NCBI RefSeq assembly: GCF_006345805.1
Contig: NC_042998.1
Span: 203,670,001-203,734,000 of the forward strand
DNA from: Octopus sinensis
Lineage: Eukaryota
Direction: 5' to 3'
DNA length: 64,000 nt
Of this stretch, positions 1 to 12,340 are shown piece by piece (the first letter of the stretch is position 1; each line of letters opens with the position of its first letter). A model generated the notes under the pieces. The model searched no databases and was not told the origin of the DNA. It worked only from the letters and a program-made list of their open reading frames with translations. Position numbers and translations under genes: made by a program.

Positions 1-1428
1 TATTAAAAAACCTAGCTAACCTGCTCTTAGTTTTCTGCACTATTCTGTTCGTGGTGTTTTGCAGGTAAAACAGACAATCGTCACGATACAGGCCGCCCGC
101 GATCTCCGGGAATTGGTCGGACAATTTCTAGAGAATATATATTCCGACTAAATCGGCTATCTGCGCACTATCCGAACTACCCATAGGCACATCAAATTCA
201 TTGGGAGTATTTTTACGGATCCACAACTTATTATCAAACTTAATAAACGATTTCCTGGCAACTAAAATGATATCTATCTCTTCTCTGGTGAGGCCAGCCT
301 TGTTGTGAGCATGCCAGAGGGCCTTATTTAGCACACTAGGGTTAATCGAGGGGTAGAAGCTGGCGATATCAAACTGAATGAACCTAGTACGGTTCTTATT
401 GGATGGATGGAAGAGAACCACTTCACTACCTGGGAGGAGTTGGCCCAGAGGCTGAGCTTCAGCTTGTTTACTAACTAGGGATATATTTATCTAAAATGTA
501 CTTACTGATTATCCCGATATCAGATCTAGCAGGGCATATGAGTCTTAGCGCTGGGTTGGTGTGGAAGTTAGGCTTATGGTCCTTCACTATAAATCTGGGT
601 TGCTTGGGGCTAAGCGGCTGAGTTCTCATTGAATTCGGTGTTTAAATATTATTTCCTTAATTCCAAGTTAACCTTCCTCAGGGACTCCAATTGGTTTTTC
701 TATAATTTTTCTTGATCTCTTTACCGAGTAAATCTAGGTACTCCTTAATGGGCATCTTGTATGTGTTCCTGGTCTTGTCGGACTGGACCGGACTCCGTCC
801 GATCTATTAATGTCCTTGGTAATTTTATCTAGGTATCTGAGGTGGGCATTTCTCCTGGGTGACTTCCTGAACTTAATCTTTCTAACTATGTCCCACAAGT
901 CGTCCTCAAACTTCTTCAGTCTTGGGTTCGGTGGCGGCGTATCCAATGTTTTAAAAAGCCGGCCGTATTCGGACGATGCCGTTGTCCGGTTCGATTTTAG
1001 ATCTTCGTTCTCGTGGAAGAAAATGAGCCATCTTATCCGGTTTATGAATGCGTTGGTTTTACAAACCAACTCCTTAAGGAAGGCATCCTTTGGTGGTATA
1101 GGAATATCCTTAAGGGACGCATCAATCTCGAACAACTCCATTATTGGTATCGGTTAAAGTAGCAGTTTCTTGACGAAGCGGTATGTATTATGTGAAATAG
1201 AAAGATACAGTCGGCTTTTCGATGCCCCCATTGGCGGCGTTACACTTATCTGGCTTTTAAATAGCGTTTATAAATAATACCGGCACCCATAGCCCTTAGT
1301 AACAAATTCTGAAATAGCCTTTAAGATATCTACGATTATCCACTGCAAGGGAATTACTCCTGTAAGACAAACGGGGCTTGGTTTTTTCACAGCGGGGGGT
1401 TTCCTTGACAAGGCAGGCTCAGATGAAC
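1..1428 (-). mobile_element. Penelope-like retroelement, degenerate N-terminal region and RT (runs off the window start)
   Basis: ORF 734-1141 (IPIPPKDAFLKELVCKT..RIRW) and ORF 128-421 (FIQFDIASFYPSI..FDVPMGSSDSAQIADLVGIYIL). Reading through the TAG at 128-130 continues in frame to GGLYRDDCLF, the RT catalytic YxDD. Frameshifts and stops lie between the ORFs. Confidence 0.85.
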
Positions 1429-2558
1429 ACACACACACATAAAACATAATATATATATATTTTTTTTCTTTCTGCCACCCAACGGTTATCACGGCAGTAG
1501 CCACTGACAGCCGAACGATCAAACGCACACACGTACACAAAAAATGTTTTCTACCCCTACGCCAACACACACATATATAGAACAGTATACACACACACAC
1601 GTCTCTAAGTAGATTTTTTCTCGCCCCTTATAAAACATCCAATATTCCTTAAATAGTCAGAACTTTATTCTCGGTCACTAAGAACATCTATACACCCTCA
1701 CCCACATGATTGACCGATGCCTGACCTGTAGAATTCTTCAGCCACCGGTTCTCATCGCATACACTGATAAACAGTTTCGCCATGGGCTCTTAGGAGCATA
1801 GTTCGATTTGGTTTTTGCTCCGCCTCTGTTCTGTTTTTGTTTCTCTAACGGATTTCCTTTTTTCTTCCTGAAGAGAAAGACACAATATGGTCCCATTATT
1901 CAATCGGATTTTGGTAATTGGTGCCTTTCGAAACACGTGTAGAATGAAATAAAACGATTTCTGTTCAATCTGCGTTCAGCTCCATTTCTTCAATTCACCA
2001 ATAATGTTTTAATTTCATTATCCGCACCAACGCACGGTTGCAACGCCAGATGTTGTACCTCCACCGTGCTGTTTACTGCTGTGATTTTTGCTACTAAGGT
2101 ATCGGTTAACTTTTGATTAATCTACAACAAGATTATTCATCTTTCTATTTCATAATATATATATATTAATTATATATATATATATATAATATATTGTTAT
2201 ACTTGGGGATATCATTGTTTCCCAATTAAACACAGGTACCATACGAGTGCCTGTGTATATTTGGTTCAATGTCTGCTTCAACACACGATTTCACACCAAG
2301 AACCTTGCAAAAGAAACACAACCCACAGTTGTGTCGGTACAATTTTATTCAATGTAGTCGCATAATTTAAAAGACCAACTAACCGACAACGTACGATTTC
2401 TCTGTCAGCTCTAAATTATACCAACCCGTTTTCTGGCGTCATACAGTTTGATATGTCACGATTCTTAATGAATTCTTATAACTGATATATATTATATATA
2501 TATATATATTATATATATAATATATATATATATATATTATATATATATAATATATATA

Positions 2559-2796
2559 CTGTTGTGTCTGGGGAGAGTCATTCTCTTTTAGTGCCTTGTA
2601 ATTTATCGCACTCACCGGTAAAATATCCACTCATTTCTTTAATTATTTTTCTAATTTTTTCGTTGCGTTTTCAAAAGATTATAAGACGTAACGAAAATTT
2701 TAGAAAAATAAAGTAAGAAATAAATGGAAATTTTTCCGGCGAGTGTGTTAAATTATAACGCACAAAAAAAGAATGACTTTCCCCCAGACACAACAG
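2559..2796. mobile_element. Foldback/MITE-like element with long imperfect inverted repeats
   Basis: CTGTTGTGTCTGGGGAGAGTCATTCT... at 2559 is the reverse complement of ...AGAATGACTTTCCCCCAGACACAACAG ending at 2796; left flank is (TA)n. Confidence 0.7.
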
Positions 2797-2873
2797 AATA
2801 TGCTTCAACACACGAACTCACATAAAGAATCTTGCAAACCAAATCCCCAAACGAAATATATATATATATAATG

Positions 2874-2977
2874 TTTTCGTAATGAGATAAAAACTAAGGG
2901 TGTGTAGAGTTTAGAACATTTATATAAATGTTCTAAAATCTACACAGCTTTGGGTATTTTTAATCTCATTACGAAAA
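2874..2977. repeat. Hairpin/palindromic element
   Basis: Outer arms TTTTCGTAATGAGAT / ATCTCATTACGAAAA; perfect 26-bp core palindrome TTAGAACATTTATATAAATGTTCTAA at 2911-2936. Confidence 0.75.
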
Positions 2978-3427
2978 ACTTTTATATACACACGCTGACA
3001 TAGGACCAACGTTGAACCCCTTTTTCGTATAACCACAGAACCTGGAACTTAACTATGGTCTATCTATAGCACTTATTCAGCATTACCTGACACCATTATC
3101 TTTCATAACTTCTCTCTGTCTATCTGTCTGTCTGTCTGTCTCTCTCTCTCTCCTCTCTATATATATATATAGAATACATATATATATATATATATATATA
3201 TAATATGGTGTGTGTGTGTGTGTGTGTGTATTAGTTGAAATTTACAGAAAAATAAAAAAACGAAGACAGGTGTATGAACAACAAGCTAGTGTATGAGTTT
3301 GATGCTCGGGAAAGTGAGAAAGTCTTTTTCGTTTTGAGCCTATGGAATCTGTTTATGTTACTTAATTATCTACATTACTTCATGAGTATAGCCTCAACCA
3401 CTAGGATGTCTAGAGAACTCACATGTA

Positions 3428-3518
3428 TTTTAGCTGATGAGTACGGGACACGTTTATATGCTGTAATTTTTACAACTTTTAATAAAGCCTGTCCTTGTAT
3501 GAAACGATTGTACTAAAA
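3428..3518 (+). ncRNA. Type I hammerhead ribozyme motif, intact core
   Basis: TTTTAG-CTGATGA-GTACGGGACA...TGTCCTTGTAT-GAAA-CGATTG-T-A-CTAAAA; 6-bp stem I, about 10-bp stem II, GUA site at 3510-3512. Confidence 0.75.
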
Positions 3519-3643
3519 ACCTATCCATTCTTGTTGCTTCTTTCTCGCGTATATATATATATATATATATATCTATGTATGTATGTATGTATGTATGTAT
3601 GTATGTATGTATGTATGTATGTATGTTTATATATATATATTTA

Positions 3644-3675
<32 letters not shown>

Positions 3676-3742
3676 ATATGTGGTATAATTATAAACAGGG
3701 CAAATTCTAGCCATTTCTCAGCAGACTGAAAAAAAGTGAACA

Positions 3743-3785
3743 ACTTTAATCGATTTTCAAACCTTATTGGGTTCTCATCAGAAGC
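3743..3785 (-). ncRNA. Minimal type I hammerhead ribozyme motif
   Basis: Minus strand GCTT-CTGATGA-GAACC-CAATAA-GGTTT-GAAA-ATCGAT-T-A-AAGT; stem III AATCGATT is a perfect palindrome. Confidence 0.7.
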
Positions 3786-5169
3786 GTCTACATCATCCTG
3801 ACGGTTTCCAGAGAAACAAGCAGCCAAACTGTTTATATGCTCAACAAATGCAGCAGTTACTCTATGAAGGAGTCCCTAATATATTTATACCAGAAGCGAT
3901 TCCAGGTCATGAGCATCACTCGGGCTCATCACAGATTTCTCATAAGACACAAGTATAAAAGAAGGTAAGAGACGTAATGTACACCGCAGACTTACATATG
4001 CACGGATAATTTAACAGTAAGCAAGTTTGCCGCTTCTAACGAAAGAATGCGTCATGTTTTTCCGCAATATTTCTAGCCCCAAATGGTTTATTATTTTTTT
4101 ATATCTAGCTCTATGTCTCTCTCCATTTGTAAGTTAAGGGTAAAAATAAGGCAACCCTGCAAAACACAACTGATCTTTACACACAGACGCACAGAATAAC
4201 AGCAATGAAATAACGACAGCGGAGCGCACAACAAACGTCACCGATCTGACTGTCGCCTATACTCTTCACAAGAGATGTCAGTTTGTCCTTTTCGCATACC
4301 AGACTCGTTCGTATTTAGCGCGAGTTGCTGGATAAGTTTTCTTTCCTTAAGAATATTGTAGAACGGAAACTTTTCGTAGATTGGAATTTAAATCCTAATC
4401 TCTATAGAAATTTATTGTTTCAAGAAAAAAAAAACATTGAACTTTTAATTTTTACGATTATAGATAATAACTCCAGCTGTAACTTCTGATCACGAGTCAG
4501 GCACGTGAGAACGATGACGAGAGGACGTCTGCTACGAATTATATATTTTGTGACACAGGGCACCTCTAAGACGACCGTCAGACGCTGAACGAAAATAAAT
4601 GAACTGTGACCAGGCTCAATAAAAGGGGCCCGAGTTATTGGCTGCAATTACATTCTTGAAGTCAGTGCTGTCAGAAATTAACTCACCTTGCAGATACATG
4701 TGCACTTTACTAAGTTTATATTCAGGCTAAGAACGAAAAGCCCGAGTGTCGGAATCGCTACTGATATAAATTGTTCAGTATTGATCTATCTTTTTGTTGT
4801 ATTTCGCTTCTTTTACGTTGAAGGTAATGCTGTTTCTGCAGTGGAAAAAAATCTTCGGTGGCTATACCAGAATAAGGAGCTATTTCTAGCACTAGAGTTA
4901 GCCACTTATCGTTATATATATATATATGGTAGAAATATGTTACAAAAAGAAAATATAAAATACACGTGGAAATGTAAGAGTAAACTATGAAAAGTCAACG
5001 AAAATGCACATTGCAAATAAAAAAAGCTATTTATGACAGGTAACGACAAATATATACATTTAGATTGACTGAGGTAGTAATACGAGTCATAAAAGTCATT
5101 ATTATGAGATGATTATAAGATGATAATAAAGTAAGAGAACAAAACGGACCATGGTTTACGCAAAGCTGT

Positions 5170-5943
<774 letters not shown>

Positions 5944-6185
5944 CACACAAACTTACATAATTGTGGTATATAAATAATTGAATAAATGTGCTGATAATTT
6001 TATTGAAGAGTATAACATATTTGGGGTTTGAAAGTAGGAGAACTGAAGGGGATAACAAAATCCGGACTCAGCACTAGATGCGTGCGCATACGTGCGCACG
6101 CACACACATTTTTCCTCCGGATGGATACATGAATGTCTATATATCGCTCGTTATCTCTCTAGCTATCCATCTACCTACCTGTCTG

Positions 6186-6262
<77 letters not shown>

Positions 6263-7137
6263 TCTTCTTTTTTTCATTTCTCTTTTCTTTTGTTCCTTTT
6301 CCTTTTTTTAATTATTTATTTTTTGTTCTTCTTTTCCCTTTTACGATCCCTTTTGATCGAAAACCTACGCCACCTTTTTTTTGTTTCTTTTGTTTTTTGT
6401 TTTTTGTTTTTTCATCCCCCAAAAGAAAAGCTCTACCTTGTAACTTATCCCATCTGTGTGCAGCCCTGTGTGGCCAATAAAGAAACTTATCTATCTATCT
6501 ATCTATTCGCATACACACATGTATACGCCGGTACATATACTCTATTTGATGTGTCTGTGTATACATGAGTGTAGACACCGATGTAATTGAGAATGTTTAG
6601 GGAGTCAGATTGAGCGAGAGAGAGAGAGAGAGAGGGAGAGAGAGGGGGAGAGCAGACTGGAAGACAGAGACGTAGAGAGTAATGAGAATTAGCCGTGATG
6701 CAGTTTGAATTGGAAGGCAAATAAGGTTTGTACGCGTTGGTGTTTTCTGGTTGGTGGCAGATGTATGGGTGAAGGAGGGGTTAGTGGTGGTGGTGGGGGG
6801 AGTAGATGTGTTTATTGGGTACAACGATGGCTGCGGGGTTGGGGTGGTTGCAGGGGAGAACGGGAAACTCTCGAGGCAAGTATTTCAATAAACACCATCA
6901 CTGCCATTACTACCACCACCACTACCACTACCACCAGAACCATCATCATCATCACCATCACCATCACCATCATCATCATCATCGTTACCATCAACACAGT
7001 TTCTTGGCTTACCTTTCTGGTGGCCAAGACAAACATTCAGCTACATTCTGCAATACACAACCTTGCCTAAATAGACTGCGATGTTATACAAATCTGAAAC
7101 TGTCATGGACGCGCATGCACACACACACACACACACA

Positions 7138-7180
<43 letters not shown>

Positions 7181-7298
7181 TACATACATACATACATATG
7201 TACGCATATGTACATAAACATATATATATATGTATATATGTATATATGTATATATATATGTATGTATATATATATACATATATACATACATACATACA

Positions 7299-7453
7299 GG
7301 CACAAGAGTGGCTGTGTGGTGGGTGGCTTGCTTCCCAACCACATGGTTTCGGGTTCAATCTCACTGCGTGGCACCTTGGGCGAGTGTCTTCGACTATAGC
7401 CTCGGGTCGACCAAAGACTTGTGAGTGGATTTGGTTGATGGAAACTGAAAGAA
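7299..7453 (+). mobile_element. tRNA-derived SINE family A, 5' part (body resumes at about 7915-7970)
   Basis: A-box-like TGGCTGTGTGG, B-box-like GGTTCAATC, and the body GTGGCACCTTGGGC..CCAAAG..TTGTGAGTGGATTTGG shared with more than 10 copies in the window. Confidence 0.85.
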
Positions 7454-7470
7454 TAGTATATAATATATAT

Positions 7471-7736
7471 ATATAATAGTGTATAAACAATTTAAGTATT
7501 TATACAAGAAAGAGGTGACCTTTGAGAGGATACCTTACATGCTAGAAAGGGCAGTCAAAACACGAATGAAAGCAATTTCAAAGGGAATGAACAAAAATAT
7601 TATTTTTTCATTCCCTTTGAAATTACTTTTATTCGTGTTTTGGACATTGACTGCCCTTTTTAGCATGTAAGGTGTCCTCTCAAAGGTCACCTCTTTCGTG
7701 TATAAACGCTTAAATTGTTTATACACTATTATATAT
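7471..7736. mobile_element. About 265-bp near-perfect palindromic (foldback) element in the TA tract of a SINE
   Basis: TATAATAGTGTATAAACAATTTAAG...centre near 7600...CTTAAATTGTTTATACACTATTATA; ORFs 7479+ and 7535- give nearly the same peptide, confirming the inversion. Confidence 0.85.
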
Positions 7737-7838
7737 GAAAATATATTATCTATTGGCTTCATTACGCATACTAGCCACCGGTATGGAAGATTTTTCTAAA
7801 TTTTCTACACATATCATTTTCACACAATATATATATAT

Positions 7839-7886
<48 letters not shown>

Positions 7887-7967
7887 TATCTGTGTTTGCA
7901 TATGTTTGTGTGTGTGTTTCTCCCCACAAAATCGCTTGACAACCGATGCTGGTGTGTTTATCCGTCG

Positions 7968-8059
<92 letters not shown>

Positions 8060-8063
<4 letters not shown>

Positions 8064-8565
8064 CAAAATGGGACAAGAACGTAAAACATCAGACAACTAC
8101 AGGATACAAAAAGGGACAACAAAACATCCAGATAGACGATACAAAAAAAACAAAAACAAAGATGGGTCATTCGAAGCCTTTTATCTTCAGTCAAGAACCG
8201 GATCATCCTCGCAATTTCGGCTGATTAATCTTGAGCTGAGATTGCTCCAATCTGGCCAGACCCAAGGAAAAACTAAACTAAGAGCATTAGATTCCTTGAC
8301 AAAAAGCATCGAATGTATACGAAACAAGGACGGAAAAACGGACGATGTTACACGAATATAAATACAAAAATACAATAAAAATAATAATAATAACAGGACA
8401 TAACAACAGGTGTCTTTCGTCTGGGGACGAATTGAATTCAGCTGGCGTGTGTGGAAATGAAGCCTTACGGCAGAGATACAGAGCTTTCACAAACGCAGGG
8501 AAGAATATCGATGTAGCAGTGACCACGGTCAGACACAAAGAGAGGACTAGCGGGTCTGGCCTTTC
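8060..8565 (-). mobile_element. Short non-autonomous element in a TA/CA microsatellite (related copy at 47390-47770)
   Basis: Both copies share TCATTCGAAGCCTT..ATCTTCAGTCA..ACCG.ATCATC..GCAA.TTTCGGCTG..TTGCTCCAA..GGCCAG.CCCAAG.AAAA.ACTAA; strand is tentative. Confidence 0.6.
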
Positions 8566-8614
<49 letters not shown>

Positions 8615-8630
8615 GTATATATATAGAGAG

Positions 8631-8829
<199 letters not shown>

Positions 8830-9517
8830 CATACATATATATACGTATATATAAACAAATGATTGGGAGGGAAACTGGAATACACAAGAAACTTTATTGC
8901 CGGCAACAATCGTTTCGACCCATCCTGCATCGACCCCTCGCGGGTGGCAAACTAAACAACCCGCTGTGGTGCATCCCTAAGTGCAGAAGTGGGGTAACAG
9001 GCCTGGCGAGAGATCGATGCGGGATGAGTCGAAATGATTGTTGTGAACAATTAAGTTACCCGCGTATTCCATTTTGCGTCTCTCCAATTTGTTTTATACT
9101 CAACGTACAACACCCGGGTAGATGCAGCGACAATTGTGCAACTACTGTGGATGACGTCAGAGAGCATTAGCAGCGTACAATTTCTCTACCCTGTATCTCT
9201 CTTCTTTCTCTCTCTCTCGCTATATATGTGTGTGTTGTGTGTGTGTGTGTTTGTCAGCCAGCCTGTCCATCCGTCTGTCAGTCTGACTGTCCGTCTGTCT
9301 TTCGGCCCGTCCGTCTGACTGTCCGTCTGTCTTTCGGCCCGTCCGTCTGTCTGTCTCTTTTTACCTATCTATCTCTAATCTGTCAATCTGTCTGTCTGTT
9401 TTTCTTCCTACACACACACACGCACACACACACGCACACACACACGCACACACACACACACACACACACATTTATATGCATTTGTATACATAAATACACA
9501 TCATCATATCTCTCTCG

Positions 9518-9924
9518 TTTTACTCTTTTACTTGTTTCAGTCATTTTGACTGCGGCTATGCTGGAGCACCGCCTTTAATCGAGCAACTCGACCCCGGGAC
9601 TTATTCTTTTGTAAGCCCAGTACTTATTCTATCAGTCTCTTTTGCTGAACCGCTAAGTAACGGGGACGTAAACACACCAGCATCGGTTGTCAAGCAATGC
9701 TAGGGGGACAAACACAGACACACAGACATACACACATACATATATATATATATACATATATACGACGGGCTTCTTTCAGTTTCCGTCTACCAAATCCACT
9801 CACAAGCTTTGCGGGCCCGAGGCTATAGTAGAAGACACTTGCCCAAGGTGCCACGCAGTGGGATTGAACCCGGAACCATGTGGTTGGTAAACAAGCTACT
9901 TACCACACAGCCACTCCTGCGCCT
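9518..9924 (-). mobile_element. tRNA-derived SINE family A, full length
   Basis: Full head (AGGCGCAGGAGTGGCTGTGTGG), internal CA/TA tract and (GTAAAAGA)-type tail. Confidence 0.9.
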
Positions 9925-10166
9925 ATGTGTATATACACACATATACTTATGCATTTACATACATATCTCTGCATATGCGTGTTTGTGTGTGCGTGTTTGT
10001 ATGTGTTTGTACGTGTATGTGTATGTGTGTGTATGTGTGTGTGTGCGTGTGTGTGTGTATGTGTATTCGCGCGTGCACTTAAATGCCTCTGTTGTCTATC
10101 AGTGAAACCATTCACATTGCGGGGGTGCCTCTAGTTGGTAAAGATAAAACTGACCGCCATGATGAT

Positions 10167-10890
10167 GCGTGGCTTAGTGGTCAGGCGATTTGTTCTTGAT
10201 CTGGAAGCACTCCGTCGGTTACGACGATTAGGGTTCCGGTTGATCCGAATCAACGGAACAGCCTGCTCGTGAAATTAACGTGTAAGTGGCTGAGCACTCC
10301 ACAGACACGTGTACCCTTAACGTAGTTCTCGGGGATATTCAGCGTGACACAGAGAGTGACAAGGCTGGCCCTTTGAAATACAGGTACAACAGAAACAGGA
10401 AGTAAGAGTGAGAGAAAGTTGTGGTGAAAGAGTACAGCAGGGATCACCACCATCCCCTGCCGGAGCCTCGTGGAGCTTTAGGTGTTTTCGCTCAATAAAC
10501 ACTCACAACGCCCGGTCTGGGAATCGAAACTGCGATCCTATGACCGCGAGTCCGCTGCCCTAACCACTGGGCCATTGCGCCTCCACGGTTCATGATCATA
10601 AGGTCATGGGTTCGAAACCCGGCGGCGCATTGTGTCCTTGAGCAAGACACTTTATTTCACATTGTTCCATTCCATTCAACTGGCAAAAATAAGTTCTACC
10701 TGTATTTCCAACGGAGCCAACTTTGTCGCATTCTGTGATAAGCGAAATCCTTTGAGAACTACGTTAAGGGGGTGGGGAGACGTGTGTCTGCGGAGTACTC
10801 AGCCACTTGCATGTTAATTTCCCGAGCAGGCTGTTGTGTTGATCGGATCAACTGGAACACTAATTTCCGTGACCGACGGGCTGCCAGTTC
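10167..10890 (+). mobile_element. tRNA-derived SINE family C, interrupted by a family B SINE
   Basis: Head GCGTGGCTTAGTGG at 10167 continues after 10597 with GGGTTCGAAACCCGG..TGTGTCCTTGAGCAAGACAC; body shared with 24603-24920. Confidence 0.7.
10202..10587 (-). mobile_element. tRNA-derived SINE family B, full length
   Basis: Near-identical to 23510-23891 and 58752-59139; flanked by GTTCTTGATC / GTTCATGATC. Confidence 0.9.
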
Positions 10891-11371
10891 GAAACCAACC
10901 TCCGTTGCGCCGTAGAACCATTCTCTTCGGCCGCCGGGTCCTATCTTCGACCAACGCTTCACGTTCTTCTCTTGGTAAGAATGATAAAAAATCGGACTTG
11001 ATTTGACAGTTCAACGATCAAGTGTGTTCCATCCGTGACCGTCTCTTTCCGTTTGTATACCAGACACTACTATACTGTGTTATATAGCTTTCACTCAAGA
11101 AGGCAGAAGACGAGGTGGAATTTGGTCACTACTTCTAGCAGGTTAAACTACCTCTTTGGAGACCTCACCGTCAGCTGGTTATTTTAAGTACATATTACTA
11201 GGGAAGTATTGATCACTATTGTTACTGTTGTTGTTTAACCCCAGGTCAATCCTAAATGCGTAAGCCTGTGATCAAAGGTGGTGTTAACGATTTTGTTTAA
11301 TCCCATGTCGGCTCTTATCCGAAGAAAACACTGGAGCTGGGATTATCACTTCGTTTATTTTTATAACTGAA

Positions 11372-11769
11372 CTAGCAGTATTGCCCGGCGTTGCACGGGT
11401 TTGTTTTCTTTTCGACCCTTTAGAATTATAATTTTTGAAAAGTAAATATTTTGCATTATGTAGCTTGTTATTCTCTTCAAATGAACATTTTTCTGGTTGA
11501 AATACACCGAAAAATGGCGACACAGCAGTCAAAAAATCGTAAAAAATAGGGATTTTCATAGAAAAAAAGCACCTTTTTAATGTAAATAATTTTTGGTGTT
11601 AACATGGTCCGACTTGAAGTTTTTCTTCTACGGAAGGAAGAGCAAGCCTTCTTCTATCATACTCTTAATTTTGGTCAACTTGCGCCGCAGGGTCTCGGAG
11701 GAAATAGTGTTAGTTGAAGGCTACCAAACCTGCCATACACAGACAACTTCAGCTTTATATATAGAGAGA
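11372..11769 (-). mobile_element. Non-autonomous Helitron
   Basis: Minus strand starts TC..TATATA and ends with a CCCG/CGGG hairpin 8 nt before CTAG; inserted at A|T; ends shared with 19351-19726. Confidence 0.75.
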
Positions 11770-12340
11770 TTACATCATATCACGTTCTTTAATAGTTTGA
11801 TCTGTAGGACAACTTCTATGCATACTTACACAATCTATTCCACTTTCAAAACCACTCCTATTTTTTGCATTACACAAAGTCCTCTTCATGCTGAAGCTAA
11901 TACAAGCTTCAGCTTTTGGCGATAAATTACCGACTTACGGTTCGATATTAATTAGGACACAGTATTCCACAAACACAAGACACAACGAAGAACATCAAAT
12001 GTCGGTGGACGAATCTCAAAAGACAGCCAAGAAGTAATTTCTCGTACGTAATCATCATATTAAGTTTTGCTAGCATAATCAGACGTTCAAAATAACGTCA
12101 GCAAATTTTCTGTCGCTAGATTATTAGCAAGAAACCGATAAGGGATTTCACAAAACACAATTTGCATTCCCCCCTGATAATTATTTCTGGAAAGAAGCGA
12201 AGAGTTTATCTTTTATCTTTGGAAGAATGCTTGGTTGGTTTAGTTAGCATTAACCAATTCTGTGTCGGTATCAATTAGTGAATATTAGTGTAACGCAGTG
12301 ACTCTCTCATCACTATATCGGGAAGTAGGTGACAGTTTGT

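Noticed and set aside
1765-1800. Hammerhead relic CTAAGA-GCC-CAT-GGC-GAAAC (minus)
   Set aside because: G5 is missing and there is no stem I complementarity; too degenerate to call.
3720-3972. Host exon ending in AG|GTAAGA
   Set aside because: Stops occur in all frames from the candidate acceptors, and the region contains a hammerhead-bearing repeat on the other strand.
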